A stretch of DNA of 64,000 nt. It comes from Piromyces finnis finn (taxonomy: Eukaryota > Fungi > Neocallimastigomycota). Location: assembly GCA_002104945.1 (NCBI GenBank), contig MCFH01000052.1, positions 336,664-400,663 on the forward strand, given 5' to 3'. The position numbers were made by a program, and so were the translations under genes. This document shows positions 24,646 through 36,668 of the stretch, piece by piece; positions within the stretch are counted from its first letter, which is position 1; each line of letters begins with the position of its first letter. Under the pieces are notes generated by a model. The model was not told where the DNA came from and searched no databases. It was given only the letters and a program-made list of their open reading frames with translations.

Positions 24646-27600
24646 CATACATCATACCATCACTTTTTTTAGTAATTTTGATGTTGCACTTTCAAATTAG
24701 ATAAATTAATATATAACCATAAATAACCAACGAAATTTTAAATTGGATATAAGTTAAGAGTATCAATTATCTTACAATATATTATTAATATATATTTTCA
24801 TATAAAAACAATTGATTATTAATTAAGAAAAAATAAATTTATTAATTAATAAAGTTTATATTTTTGATTAAATTTTTTTATGGAAAAAAATAATTTTAAT
24901 TTAATTTTAATTTATATAAAAGAATGAAAGAAAAATATTCCATAAAATTGTGATATTATAGAGAGTAATGGAATATGATAATAATAAATATGTGATAATA
25001 ACTTTTCTTTTATTAGAAATTAGTGAAATATATTATATATTAATATTATACTATAATTATAAAATATATTCAAATAGAATTAACTAATACAAATATATTG
25101 CTTAAAAGCACCTCATTTTCTTTTTAGCCTTTTTTTATTAATTATATTATTTTAATAATTTTATTTTTTTTAAAAAAAAGAATAATTATATTATTGGAGT
25201 TTTTTATATTTAAACAAACTTTATTTTTATTTATTTAAATTAATTTTTTTTAAAAAAAAAACAAAATTTTAATTTAATTAATAAAATATTAAACAGTTTA
25301 ATTAATCTTTAAAACTACTTTTAATTAAAAATAAATTAAAGACTTAAAAAATATTTTTAAAGAAATTATTCATATTGATAATGATGAAAAAAATTACTAA
25401 AAATCTATTTTTTTTTTTATTTTTTTTTACTTCATAAAAATAATAAAAAAAAAGGAAAACTATAGTATTATAAATGTAGATGAAAGAACATAGAATGTTA
25501 TTTTTAAATTAAAAAAAATTAAGTGATTTCTTTTTTCTTTTTCTTTTAAAAAATATATATTGTTTCTATATTGTTTCATATAGTTCTTTTATATATATCT
25601 CTATTAAATAAATATAAATAGAATTTAAATTAACATTAATATAATATAAAACTATTTAATAAATGAAATATTAATTCCAAACCGTTAATTAAAAGTTTTA
25701 AAAAAAGATGGAATGCTTAAAAAAAAAAGAACAAATGAAATTCTTCATATAAAAGTATTTATATATATCATCATTTTAGAATGCACCTCAGAAAGAATGA
25801 AAATAAATGCACTCAATTCAATATATTATCTATAATATAATAATTATATTTTAATATATAATGACATTCACTATAATATATAGAACCTTTTGATTTATTA
25901 AAATGAATGGTATTATTTTTTAGAAAATACGATTTATTTATAAAGGAAAGTTAATTTTTTAGAGTAAAAAAAAAATTGTTTAATCTTTAATTCTAACATT
26001 TATATAATGTAACTATTATAATTATCAATCCAAGTATTATAAATATTTATTATTTATTTTATTTATTAATGTTTACCGTGATAATTTTAAAAGTAAAATG
26101 AGATTATAATAATAAGAAGAAGAATAATAATTATGATTTTTTTAGTTTTTCTTTTTAATTAAAAAATTTTTTTTGATACAAAACTTTATTTATTATAAAA
26201 TTCGATAATTAGATTTAATAATTAAATCTGTATAATATATTTGAATAAATAAATAATAAATGTGAATATTTGTATTGATGTATTTATACCAAAAATAGTT
26301 ATTATTTATAATAATAATATTTTTAAATAATAAATAAGTAAAACAAAAAAAAACTTATTATTTAAGCATATATTTTCTCATAACTATTATTATTCAATTT
26401 ATTCCCTTATGCTTTTAAAAATCATGACCTAAAATTGTATGAATTATTGTTATAATATTATTTTTTTCTAAATGATGGATTTATCATTCATCCTTAGTGT
26501 AGTATTTTCCATATCATTTATTTAATTAAAATTATTAATGAATTAATATTTATTAATAAAAATTTAATATATTTATATTAAAGTTTCATAATAATTTAAA
26601 TTATATCAAGAAATATAAAAATGAATTCAATACCCCTTAATTTTTATTATTAAAAATAAAGTTTTCTATTCTGAAAAAATAGATTAAAAAAGATAAATGA
26701 AATGAATTACAATATACAAATTAATATATATTTTACGAAGCAGAATCACAAAATTTATATCTGTGAATAATATAAAAAATGGAATTTTCACTTAAACAAA
26801 AAAACAAACAAAAAAAAAGTTTTCATAATAATAATTTGATAAGTTTAATATTGTTTTTACCTTTAAATAATTAAAAGAAAAGAAAAAAAAAAAGTAAAAA
26901 GATAGAAAAATAAATAAATTACAAGAAAAAAAAAAGAAGGAAATAACAAAAAAAAATATTTTATAGTAATATTTTTTTATAGTAAAAATATATAATTCAA
27001 TAAAACAAAAGAAAATAAAACATAAAATTTTATTATATTTATTTTTAAAGTAAAGAATATTGAATATTTCTGAATGTTTTGAAATTATATATTTCATTTT
27101 TACTTGTATATGTGTATATATAACTATAATAAAAACAATATTTATTTTTTTTAAAAAAATAAAAAATTATCAAATTAATAGTAAATTTTAATATAATATT
27201 ACTGTTTTTAAACTAGTTATATTTTATTACATTCAATAAAATATAATAATAGTAATATGCAAAGAAAAACTGAAAACTAATATTTTGAAAATTTATAAAG
27301 TATACTTATTTCTATATTATATAATTTATTTTTATTTTTTTATTAATTATTATAATACTTGATAAAAAAATAAAAAAGCGTTTTAATATTTAATAATAGT
27401 TAAACAAGATATATATATAATTTAGAATATATTGTTTTGGTAAAAACTTTTGTTAATTTATATTTATAAAGGTTTTTAGAAATTAATATTTAAAATATAA
27501 TAATATAGTATTTTATAAAGTGTTAAAGAAAACAATAATAACAGTAATAACAGTAATAATAATTAATTAATAATATTTATTAATCTTTTGTATATAATAA

Positions 27601-27917
27601 AACAATAAAACAAAATAAAAAAATTTAATTTAATGATATATTAATTCATTAAAGTAAAATATTATTTTGTACCAAAATTTAAAAATTTTAAAAAAATCAA
27701 ATAAATAATAGATAGTTGATAAATTTGTATCTATTAGATATAAATCATTCAAATAAAAATAATATAATTAATTTATTTAATTAACAACAATTATTATTCA
27801 ATACTAAAAAAACGTTTAAACAAGCTAAAAGGTATATTATTTAATATATATTATTAAATTAATGGAAATAAATATATTTTTTACTAAAATAATCACTTAT
27901 AGATATAAGATATTAAA

Positions 27918-30166
27918 ATGAAAAATTCAATCCGTGAAACTCAACTTCAAGAAAAAAGGACATTTTTAAAGTCAGTCTTACAAGCTGTCTTATTTGTTTT
28001 TATAATTACTTCTATTATTATTGGCGTTATTGTTGGATTATGCTTGTAAGTTAAGAATTATTATTTTTTTTAAAAAAAAAAATATCCTATTTTTTTATTA
28101 ATTTTTTTTATTATCCTAATAGCTTTACCCATTCAAAACCACAATTTTCCGTTGATTACTTTAAAACCCATCCAAATGAGAATTTTAAGCAAATTGACAA
28201 AGCATATGCTCTTATAATATCATTTTCTCTCTTAATTTTTTACATTATGATATTAACAAGTTTTTATAAAAAAAGAAATCACTACTTGATTAATTATAGA
28301 CCTTTAGTGTTGTGTGCATTGACTGGAATTTGTGGAGGTGTTTATAATGTAATATTACCGATTCTTATAACTTTTCAAACGGGTGGTAATAATAGTAATA
28401 AATGGATAATTACATTGATATTTACAATTATATTCGCAACAATGAATATGATGGCAAATATTTCAAGATATTTCAAACTTTATCTTTTAAGTAAAAGAGA
28501 TATCGGAAAAATGAAATTATATAATGATAACTATGATTTAGCATTTCCAGGAAATGAAGAAAATGCAAATAATTTTGAACCTAATACCTATCTAAAACGT
28601 TTAAATAAATTAGTTAGTAAGAGAATTACTATAATATTCTTTGTCATACCATATACATTATTAATTTCCTTAGGTTTAGCTATTTCAATTTTCAGTGTGA
28701 AGAAACAAAGTATTGATGGTATCAGAGAAAATGCTCTCTATTTTTATTCACCAATTATATTATTAACAACAGTTACATTATTTATAATACCATTTTTTTA
28801 TATTGAACTTTCTAAATCCAAGTCTATTAATTGGGTCAATAAATTAGATATGATTTCAAATTATACCTTTTTATTTTTGGGTACATTTTTATTTATTGGT
28901 TCATTATTTGCATTTTATGATAAAAGAATATCTATTGGTGTAGATGATAAGGGCAAGGAGCAATATATCTATCACTATTCATTTGAATATTTAATCAAGT
29001 TAAAAAGTACTTCACTATTCTTTATTATACCAAGTTTTGGTTCTTCTGCCTGTGCTATTGTTATTCCATTAATTGAAGCCTATATGGCTGATAGAAAATT
29101 GAAATCAAAGAAATTCCTAGGAAAAAGAGAATTTACTCATCTTTTAGTAGGAAGTAGCTATATTGACTCTTTAAAATCAGTTGCAGTTAAATCTTATTGT
29201 GTTGAAACTGTTATATTTTGGGAAATGCATGTCAAGTTAATGAAATTAGTAAGCGATAGTTTAGTATCAAAACATAGATTAAGTATAGATCAACATAGTA
29301 GTCAAACAAAGGATTTTTCTAAATTAAATAATAGAACATCTTATACACCATCAAATTATGACTTGTTATTAGGGTTAAATAAAAATATTTTTGGTAGTGG
29401 TAATAATGAAATTTTATATACTGGCAGTTTTGGAGAAGATAAAATAGATTCTAAACTTGTCAATGCTATCAGTCATGGAATTTCTAGTAAAAACAAAGGG
29501 GATTCCTTCTTTTCAAGCAATAACAGAAATAGATCTATTAGTGATAGTCGAATTAATAGTTCTGATTATATGAATAATAATCTATCAAGCAGTTTTAATT
29601 CTAATAGAAGCTATCCAAACTGTCACACTACTAATAATAACTATTTCTTTAATGAAAATCGTCAAAGAAACAATAGTGTACTTTCTCAATTTACTATCAA
29701 TTCAATTAATCAAAATTATAATAATTATTATATAGATGTATCAAATAATGATAAAGTTGAACTTCTTAAAAATCATGATATATTGTATCCTTCAAGAGAA
29801 ATTGGAAATAACACTAATTCTTATAGTAATAGCCGTAACAATTTAGTTAATAATGCTTCACGTCATCGTAGAAATACTATTAAGAACAGAGAAACTGAAA
29901 TATTTTATGAAATATTTAATGTTGATTCAGTGAATAATGAAGTTCCACAAAAATACTGGAAAGACTTTGATAATTTATATAATTCATTTATATCAGATCA
30001 AAGTTTAGCCACTGTTAATCTTGATACAAATACAATAATTAAGTTAAGAAGAGCAATTACAAGTAAAGATTACACCATGGATATGTTCTTCCCAGCTTTA
30101 GCTGAAACTGTTGAATTAATATATCAAAATCTATATCCAAAACTTTTGGCTGAAAAAACAAAATAA
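27918..30166 (+). CDS. Multi-pass membrane protein with C-terminal split RGS domain (GprK/AtRGS1-like architecture), 2 exons, ~723 aa
   Basis: Exon 1 27918-28045, GTAAGT...CTAATAG intron 28046-28122, exon 2 28123-30166 in frame with the 639-aa ORF; several hydrophobic helices; RGS-like motifs YCVETVIFW and LYNSFISDQSLATVNLD...LIYQNLYPKL. Confidence 0.8.
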
Positions 30167-31189
30167 AAATTTATTGTTAAATGAAAATTACGATTTTTAT
30201 CATTATTTGAAATTATACAATAAATATAATGTAGTATTTAGTCTATTTAGAAATATTAATAGAAAATGAATATTTATATTTGTTAATAAAAATAATAACC
30301 CCCTATATCCCATAAAAGAAAATAGAAATAAAACAAAATAAACAAGTAGAAAGTATGATAAAATAAAACATTAAAAAAAAAATTTTATTCTATTCAAAAA
30401 ATTAAAATTATTATTTAAAAAAAAAAAAAAAAAAAAATTATTTAATATATAGAATGATATTAATTTATTATATTTTAAACTTTTTTTTTTTTTTTTTAAT
30501 TCTTTTTTTTTAAAAAAAAAAAAAAAAACGTAGAAAAATAAAGCTAAATAAAAATTTCAATAATCTTAATATAAACAATGTAAAATAATTATAATATAAG
30601 AAATAATGCAATAATTATTATCAGTTCTTAGTGTTGATTCTTTTATATAAAATATGTGTAAGATATATTAAATTCTTACTTTATAAAGGATGAAGTTTTG
30701 AAACGTGCCTTCATTTATTTAATAAATGAAGTTTTTCAAGGGGTTCTACTCATACTCATGGTACTGAGCTTGTAGAAATAAATTCAAGTATTGGGCAATG
30801 GATATTTGGTTAGTCTTTATAGAAGAAAATATAAGGACTAAGCTCATGATACTGAGCGATTAAAAAACATTTATTCATCGAATTTAAGTATTAGATAGAT
30901 AAGTTGAATGTTTGATATTCAGGTAAGTTTGTATAGTATTTAATTAGAAGAGTAATACATTTTGTTGCTGTATTTTTTCTTTTATTCATGTAGTACTGTT
31001 CTTCTCTTGTAAGAATCTAATGTAGTCAACTTTAGCATTTGCATTGTATTTTTCTACAGATAAACATTCCAAATAGTTTACTTCAACTGCTTTTTCAATT
31101 GCAGACGAGCTCAGTATTACTTCAGTAAATAATGTTATAAAATCTTCATTTCATATTTCACAACAAATTTTTAATCTCTAAAAAATCAA

Positions 31190-32390
31190 AATGAAGCTGT
31201 ATAGGAGATTTAAAAAAGAAAAAATTTATGATTTAGATGAATTTATTAAAAGGATTAAAATCTACCGTTAGTTAATTCCATCAAGTAATAATTCTAATAA
31301 TGTTCAACGATGGTGATTCGTCTTGAATCAGTAGAAAATCAGAACAATAAAGATCCAATATTTTACTTAACAGGAAAACCCATCTACTGATTGCTACACT
31401 TACCTTGGTGTTCCATTTGATAAGAATTTGTCCTTTAAACCAATTATTAAAGCTCTTAATAACAAGGTTTTGAAAGGACTTTTTTCAGTTAGTAAATTCT
31501 TAAGAAATCCTAATATTCCTATTCCTTTTAAAAAGCTAGTACTTATCTCACAATTGATCAGCAGAATTTCATACTTTTCAACAAAGCTAGGTCTAGGATT
31601 GCTCAGAAATATGTTAACAAAGGAATATGATGAGTTGCAAGAGTTTATAAAGCTGTATCGTTTGTTTCTCTATACTCTATTTCAAAAGATTTGAATATTC
31701 CTCCATTGTCAACCAAATGCGCATTAGCTCAGGTTAGATGTTTTAACAAGTGGATACAAGTTGGATACTAGAGTTGCAAAAGCTGCCAAATTTGTTGACC
31801 CGTATTAAACATTACGATTACATAGTCCAATTATTAAATTTTTTTCAGTCAAAGTAATTCCAACAGTCCTATCAATAATAATGAAAATGTTAATATCAGT
31901 AGAGATAGCAATAACAAAAATAACATTAGTAACATTAGTAATAATAATTGTAATAGTAGTAATAATAGAAGTAATAGCAATAGTGAAGATAATAATTCTA
32001 ATTTAGATAGCTATTTAGTTAATAATAGTAATAGTTCTAATAATTGGGTGAATATTAATGTATATGATTATTCTAGTGTATACAATAAAATATTTAAATT
32101 CCTTCTTGGGGGAAGAAGTTTTAACAATATCAATTTCAATTCAAGGGAATGGAAAGAACAATATTCTTGACGGTAACAGCGGAACTTCTAACCAAAATTA
32201 TGCTTTTTGTTGTTGGCCAGAAATGGTCAATGTTCAAAAAGTTTGAAGCAATAACTAAGAGCGTGAATGCTGAGGAAACAGTAAGACAAGCCAGGAGGGC
32301 CAATGCAACCAATAGAGATCATAATTTTGACCCATGACAAAGTTTTGATCTTTTACTTGGTATCCCATTGGAAGTCAAATAAAATTATTA
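31190..32390 (+). pseudogene. Decayed non-LTR retrotransposon (LINE) 3' fragment
   Basis: Frameshifted RT C-terminal motif DPIFYLTGKPI..CYTYLGVPFDKNLSF and downstream LNIPPL...CFNKW; 3' end resembles the SINE tail. Confidence 0.7.
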
Positions 32391-32734
32391 TACTTTAGTA
32401 TAATAGTGGCTTTCTTATTGTAATTACTAGAATATATCATACTCAATTTTTATTCATTTATGCTTATTTAAACATATTTTTTTAATTTTTATTTTTTTAT
32501 TTTTATTTTTTATAACATGTATTATAATTTTAATTAAATTAATAATTAAAATGATGCTATTAAAAAAATTATATATAGGATGAAATTTCTTTATATTATT
32601 CTGTTATAATTTTCACCATAGAATCTAAATAATAATGACTTTTAAAAAAAATAATAACTTTTATTTACTAGTCAATCTATATTCTTTCACTAAAGATTTA
32701 AAAAAATAAAATTCTTAAATATTATGATAATTTA

Positions 32735-32884
32735 TTTTTTTAACTTCCAAATGCATTTCACCCATCAATCAGAATAAGCCCCAATGGTAGTTCTTAGGGA
32801 AACGTTGTCACCTTCCTATTGCTAGGCGGTTGTGACCCTCCTGATCTTCAGCTTCGACGTTCACTTAGTCCATGTACATTAGAT
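32735..32884 (-). mobile_element. 5'-truncated copy of the SINE (3' tail)
   Basis: Diverged reverse complement of ~3155-3317, including the A-tail. Confidence 0.8.
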
Positions 32885-33376
32885 AATGGGGTTACAAACT
32901 TCAATGAAATTTTTATGATTTACTTGACTTGCCCGCTGTATTTATTGTATTTACTGCAATTATTAGCATACTACCAAAATTTGCTATTACTTTATAATAG
33001 AGATACTCCTAACACCAAACTGAACTGGCTTCAATATTCATCTATATTATAAATAATAAAACAATTCTTTCAGTATTAGATTTAAAAATATTTTTTATTT
33101 ATTTACTCAATACAAAACTTTTTTCATTCTACTTTCTTGAAAATATTATTTTTTTTTTTCATTTTATTTCATAATTTAATTTATTAAGTTGTTATACAGT
33201 TACAATTTTTTTTTTTAATTAATATTTTTATTTTATATATAAATATATTATTATTTTTATTTTTATTATTCTTTATTTTATTATTTTATTAATAGATATT
33301 TTCATTAAAGGTAAAAAGTTAATAAATAAATATAAAAATATTTTATTAATTTCATCTCAGGTCCAAAAAATTATTA

Positions 33377-33448
33377 AGGGGCGTTCCGGATTTGAACCGA
33401 AGACCTATTGATCTGCAGTCAATTGCTCTACCGCTGAGCTAACACCCC
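33377..33448 (-). tRNA. tRNA-Cys (GCA)
   Basis: GGGGTGTTAGCTCAGCGGTAGAGC...CTGCAGA...GGTTCAAATCCGGAACGCCCCT, 72-nt cloverleaf. Confidence 0.95.
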
Positions 33449-33463
33449 TTTTTCATTTTTTTT

Positions 33464-34174
33464 TGTTAAGGAACCAACAAATAATGTTATTCTTGTCATA
33501 ATTAATGATTATGACCTAATCCATTCATTATTGTTCCTAAATGTATGAAAACTTTACAATATTCTTATTTGTAAATTAATGTATACACTTAAATTATATT
33601 TAAAATTATTAATAATTATTTTTTATTGAACTTAAATTTTATTTTATTAAACTTAAAAATTAATTTAGTAATAATAATATATTGAAAATTATAGTTTATT
33701 GAACTTTTAGTTTAATTTATCAAGTTAATGAATTTTTATTAATTAAAATTATGAATAATATTTCTGTAAAATAGTAAAATTTTTTTAGTTAAATATATTT
33801 AAAGTAAACTTTTAATGTATGTTAATCAATTTAATAATATGTATAAATATTTATTATAATAGTAATGTAATTTTATTATTCATTTAAAAGTAATTTAAAT
33901 ACTAAAATTATGTAAATAATTAAAGACTAATTCTTTTAATTAACACTACTTAATTTTTTACAAAAAGTATAAAAAGGTGTATATTATAAGAATTAGAGAA
34001 TATACAGATATTTTTATTTTTATTTTTATTTTATTTTATAATTTTATATTAATATCTTAATAAAACAATTTTATTAATAAAACAATTTTTCTTATTTCAT
34101 TTTAATATTATTTTTGAGTATTAATAAATTTATTAATATTTTATAAATAAAAGTAAATTCCTCGAACCGTAACA
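33464..34174 (+). repeat. Element C 5' LTR
   Basis: TGTTAAGG...CCGTAACA; matches 40679-41389. Confidence 0.95.
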
Positions 34175-34181
34175 TAAAAAT

Positions 34182-34201
34182 TGGTGGAGATATCGGGGAA
34201 T
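34182..34201 (+). promoter_or_regulatory. Primer-binding site, tRNA-Ala-type (element C)
   Basis: TGGTGGAGATATCGGGGAAT, 7 nt after the LTR end. Confidence 0.75.
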
Positions 34202-35054
34202 AATATTAATAAAAATTATTAATACATAGGATAAAGTAATATTAAAATATTACTAAAATATTATATAAATTTCTTAAAAATTTATTACCCTTCAAAGTTA
34301 TAGGTAATATTTATATTACTGTTGAAGCTTTAAGGTATAATATTTTAGTAGAACTGAATTAGTACGCTTTAGAAGCAGTACTTATTTAGGAATTAGTGGT
34401 TAAGTTTTTAGGTCTAGTTTATCTTTCACAGTAGGATACTGGAAAGCGCTGAACCTTTCTATTTTGCTAGAGAAATAGAAGTGCCTCGCATAATTGCTAC
34501 ATGACACTGGTAATACGGTAAGCTGGGCAATTGTGAACTACTTAAGCACCCTAAATAAGTATTGGAAAATTGCTGTGAAATGCTGTTCTACTATACTTAT
34601 TATTGTAATTCAAATTTTTAATAAATTAAATATTATTTTAGTATTTATAATTTTTTTAAAAAAAAAAAAAAAAATATTTTTTTTTTTTAATTGAACGATT
34701 TTTAAAAATTATTCTTTTTAAAATATAAATAAATAATTCGAAAGTGACCCTTAGCGTGGCAAGTTAAACTGCTGTACGTAATACTTTGGTGTTCAATTAT
34801 ATCTGATAATTGGGGAAGATAATCAATTATTTTCTTTCCGCTAATTAAGTTAGTGATAATAAAGAAATTAATTACGTTACTTCCTTTTATTAAATTATAT
34901 TTAATATTAACCATCGGGTATATTTGTGGCTTATCATCAAAGAGCTACGAGGGATTTTCACTTAGAATTACACAACCTATAATACTTGATGGTTTAACAT
35001 TATATAGGTTGGCCTATATTTTTATAAAAAGAAATAAGTTTTTAAATAATAATT

Positions 35055-35099
<45 letters not shown>

Positions 35100-35730
35100 G
35101 ATATATATATCTATTCTTTTTGTTGATTCTCTTCGAGTAATTTAATATTGCTAATTGAAATATTCTTTTCTTACTGTTTTAAGTTAAACAAGTTATATCA
35201 GCATAGACAAGCCTTATTAACTAATCAACAGAGGTATACTAGGGGTGGTAGAAAGATCCTGAAGCACGTGACGGAACTTAGATCGTGTGAATAAGGTGAC
35301 GGCAACATTTACCATTGGACGAAAGACTCTTAGTTAATAGTCTATTATATATAATTTGGTCGGTAACTTGAATCAGTAATAACAATATTAAATTAAAATT
35401 CTTGCTAGTAAATTGAAAACAAATAATAATTAACTATAAGAAAAACAGAAAACAAAAGTAATAATTTCATCTTTTCTGACTGAACTAAGATAGTAAGGAG
35501 TGATACTAAAAATTTAAATAAATAATTGGTAGTACGTGCTGTGCTAGATTATTTGTATCTCATTCTGTCAAGTGGTCGATAAAGGAATTTCGAGCTTGGT
35601 TACAACTAATAAGTGGTCGATAAAGGAATTTCGAACTTATAATTTTTTTTTTAGACTATCAAAGGTATTTTTGAGTCTATACTGTGTCATCTTGTACTGC
35701 AATAAATTCGGTCAAGGAAAATACAAGAAA

Positions 35731-36612
35731 ATGAGCAATTCTACTACAAGGATAGATTTCAAGGAGTTGAAGAAGGAACTCAAGGATATAGAAAAACTTT
35801 CCAAAGATAATTTGGACATAAGATCCTGGGCTTCTGAAATAAGTTTATGGATTGAACTTCAAGATATCACTAGTGCCAAGAAAATTTACATGGCATGTGT
35901 GCTTACTTCTAAGGGTGAACCAAGAAAGGTAATCCAAGAGTTGGAAGATAAAGACAGTGATAGTGAAGATGAATATGAAAGTGAAAATGAAGAAGAGAAT
36001 CAGAAAAATGAATCTAATGAAGAAGATTATCCCTCACTTGGGAAAATTATCAATGCCCTTGAAACATTTTATGGGTTAAAAGAAGATCAAAGTATGTTAT
36101 TACGGGAACTAAGAAGACTACGTATAAGAAGAAATGAATCAGTTAAAGATTTCAATAGAAGATATAGATCTTTATATTTAAAGTTGGATAAGAAAAAGAA
36201 GAAGCAGATTAGTGTGTTAGATTATGCAGATTCTTTACAAAATAATAAAGAAGCATGGAGAAAAGTATCTTTAAAAGATGATATCACTCTAGAAAAGGCC
36301 TTTAAGATAGCTGAGAAGGTAGATAGGTTATCTACTAGAATAGATAATGATGGTAATCTACCAACGACTACTGCAATAACCAAAAGTTATAATAATTTTC
36401 AACCATACAAGAGAAAAGTTTCTTTTACTGAAGCCAAAAAGCCTAATAAAGATGATGAAATGAATAACCTAGTCAAGAAAATGAAGAATTTAACTATTAA
36501 AGCTTGTTTCTTCTGTAGTGAACCTGGTCATTATCAACAAAATTGCCCAAAACTTCAAGCCATTATTGAAGGAAACAAGAAGCGTTATTATGATAATCAT
36601 TTAAATCATTAA
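35731..36612 (+). CDS. gag: Gag with CCHC knuckle (element C); first ATG at 35731 preferred to the GTG at 35572
   Basis: CFFCSEPGHYQQNC knuckle; similar to element B Gag (LRIRRNESVKDFNRRY vs LKIRRGESIKDFNWRY). Confidence 0.9.
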   Translation: MSNSTTRIDFKELKKELKDIEKLSKDNLDIRSWASEISLWIELQDITSAKKIYMACVLTSKGEPRKVIQELEDKDSDSEDEYESENEEENQKNESNEEDYPSLGKIINALETFYGLKEDQSMLLRELRRLRIRRNESVKDFNRRYRSLYLKLDKKKKKQISVLDYADSLQNNKEAWRKVSLKDDITLEKAFKIAEKVDRLSTRIDNDGNLPTTTAITKSYNNFQPYKRKVSFTEAKKPNKDDEMNNLVKKMKNLTIKACFFCSEPGHYQQNCPKLQAIIEGNKKRYYDNHLNH

Positions 36613-36668
36613 GTGGGAGAAGAAGCACTCCCATCGTCAATAAAATAGCTTCAGCTCAGTATCAGTCA

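Noticed and set aside
23836-27097. Short ORFs at 23836-24030 and 26792-27097
   Set aside because: Composition-driven F/I/K/Y-rich ORFs in AT-rich intergenic DNA.
30913-30928. 16-bp match TGATATTCAGGTAAGT to the SINE (2898-2913)
   Set aside because: Isolated match with no flanking similarity; resembles a generic splice-donor consensus.
30960-31160. Minus-strand coding-like stretch (…EVILSSSAIEKAVEV…), possibly a DNA transposase relic
   Set aside because: Contains a stop, is short, and has no motif I can assign or terminal inverted repeats.
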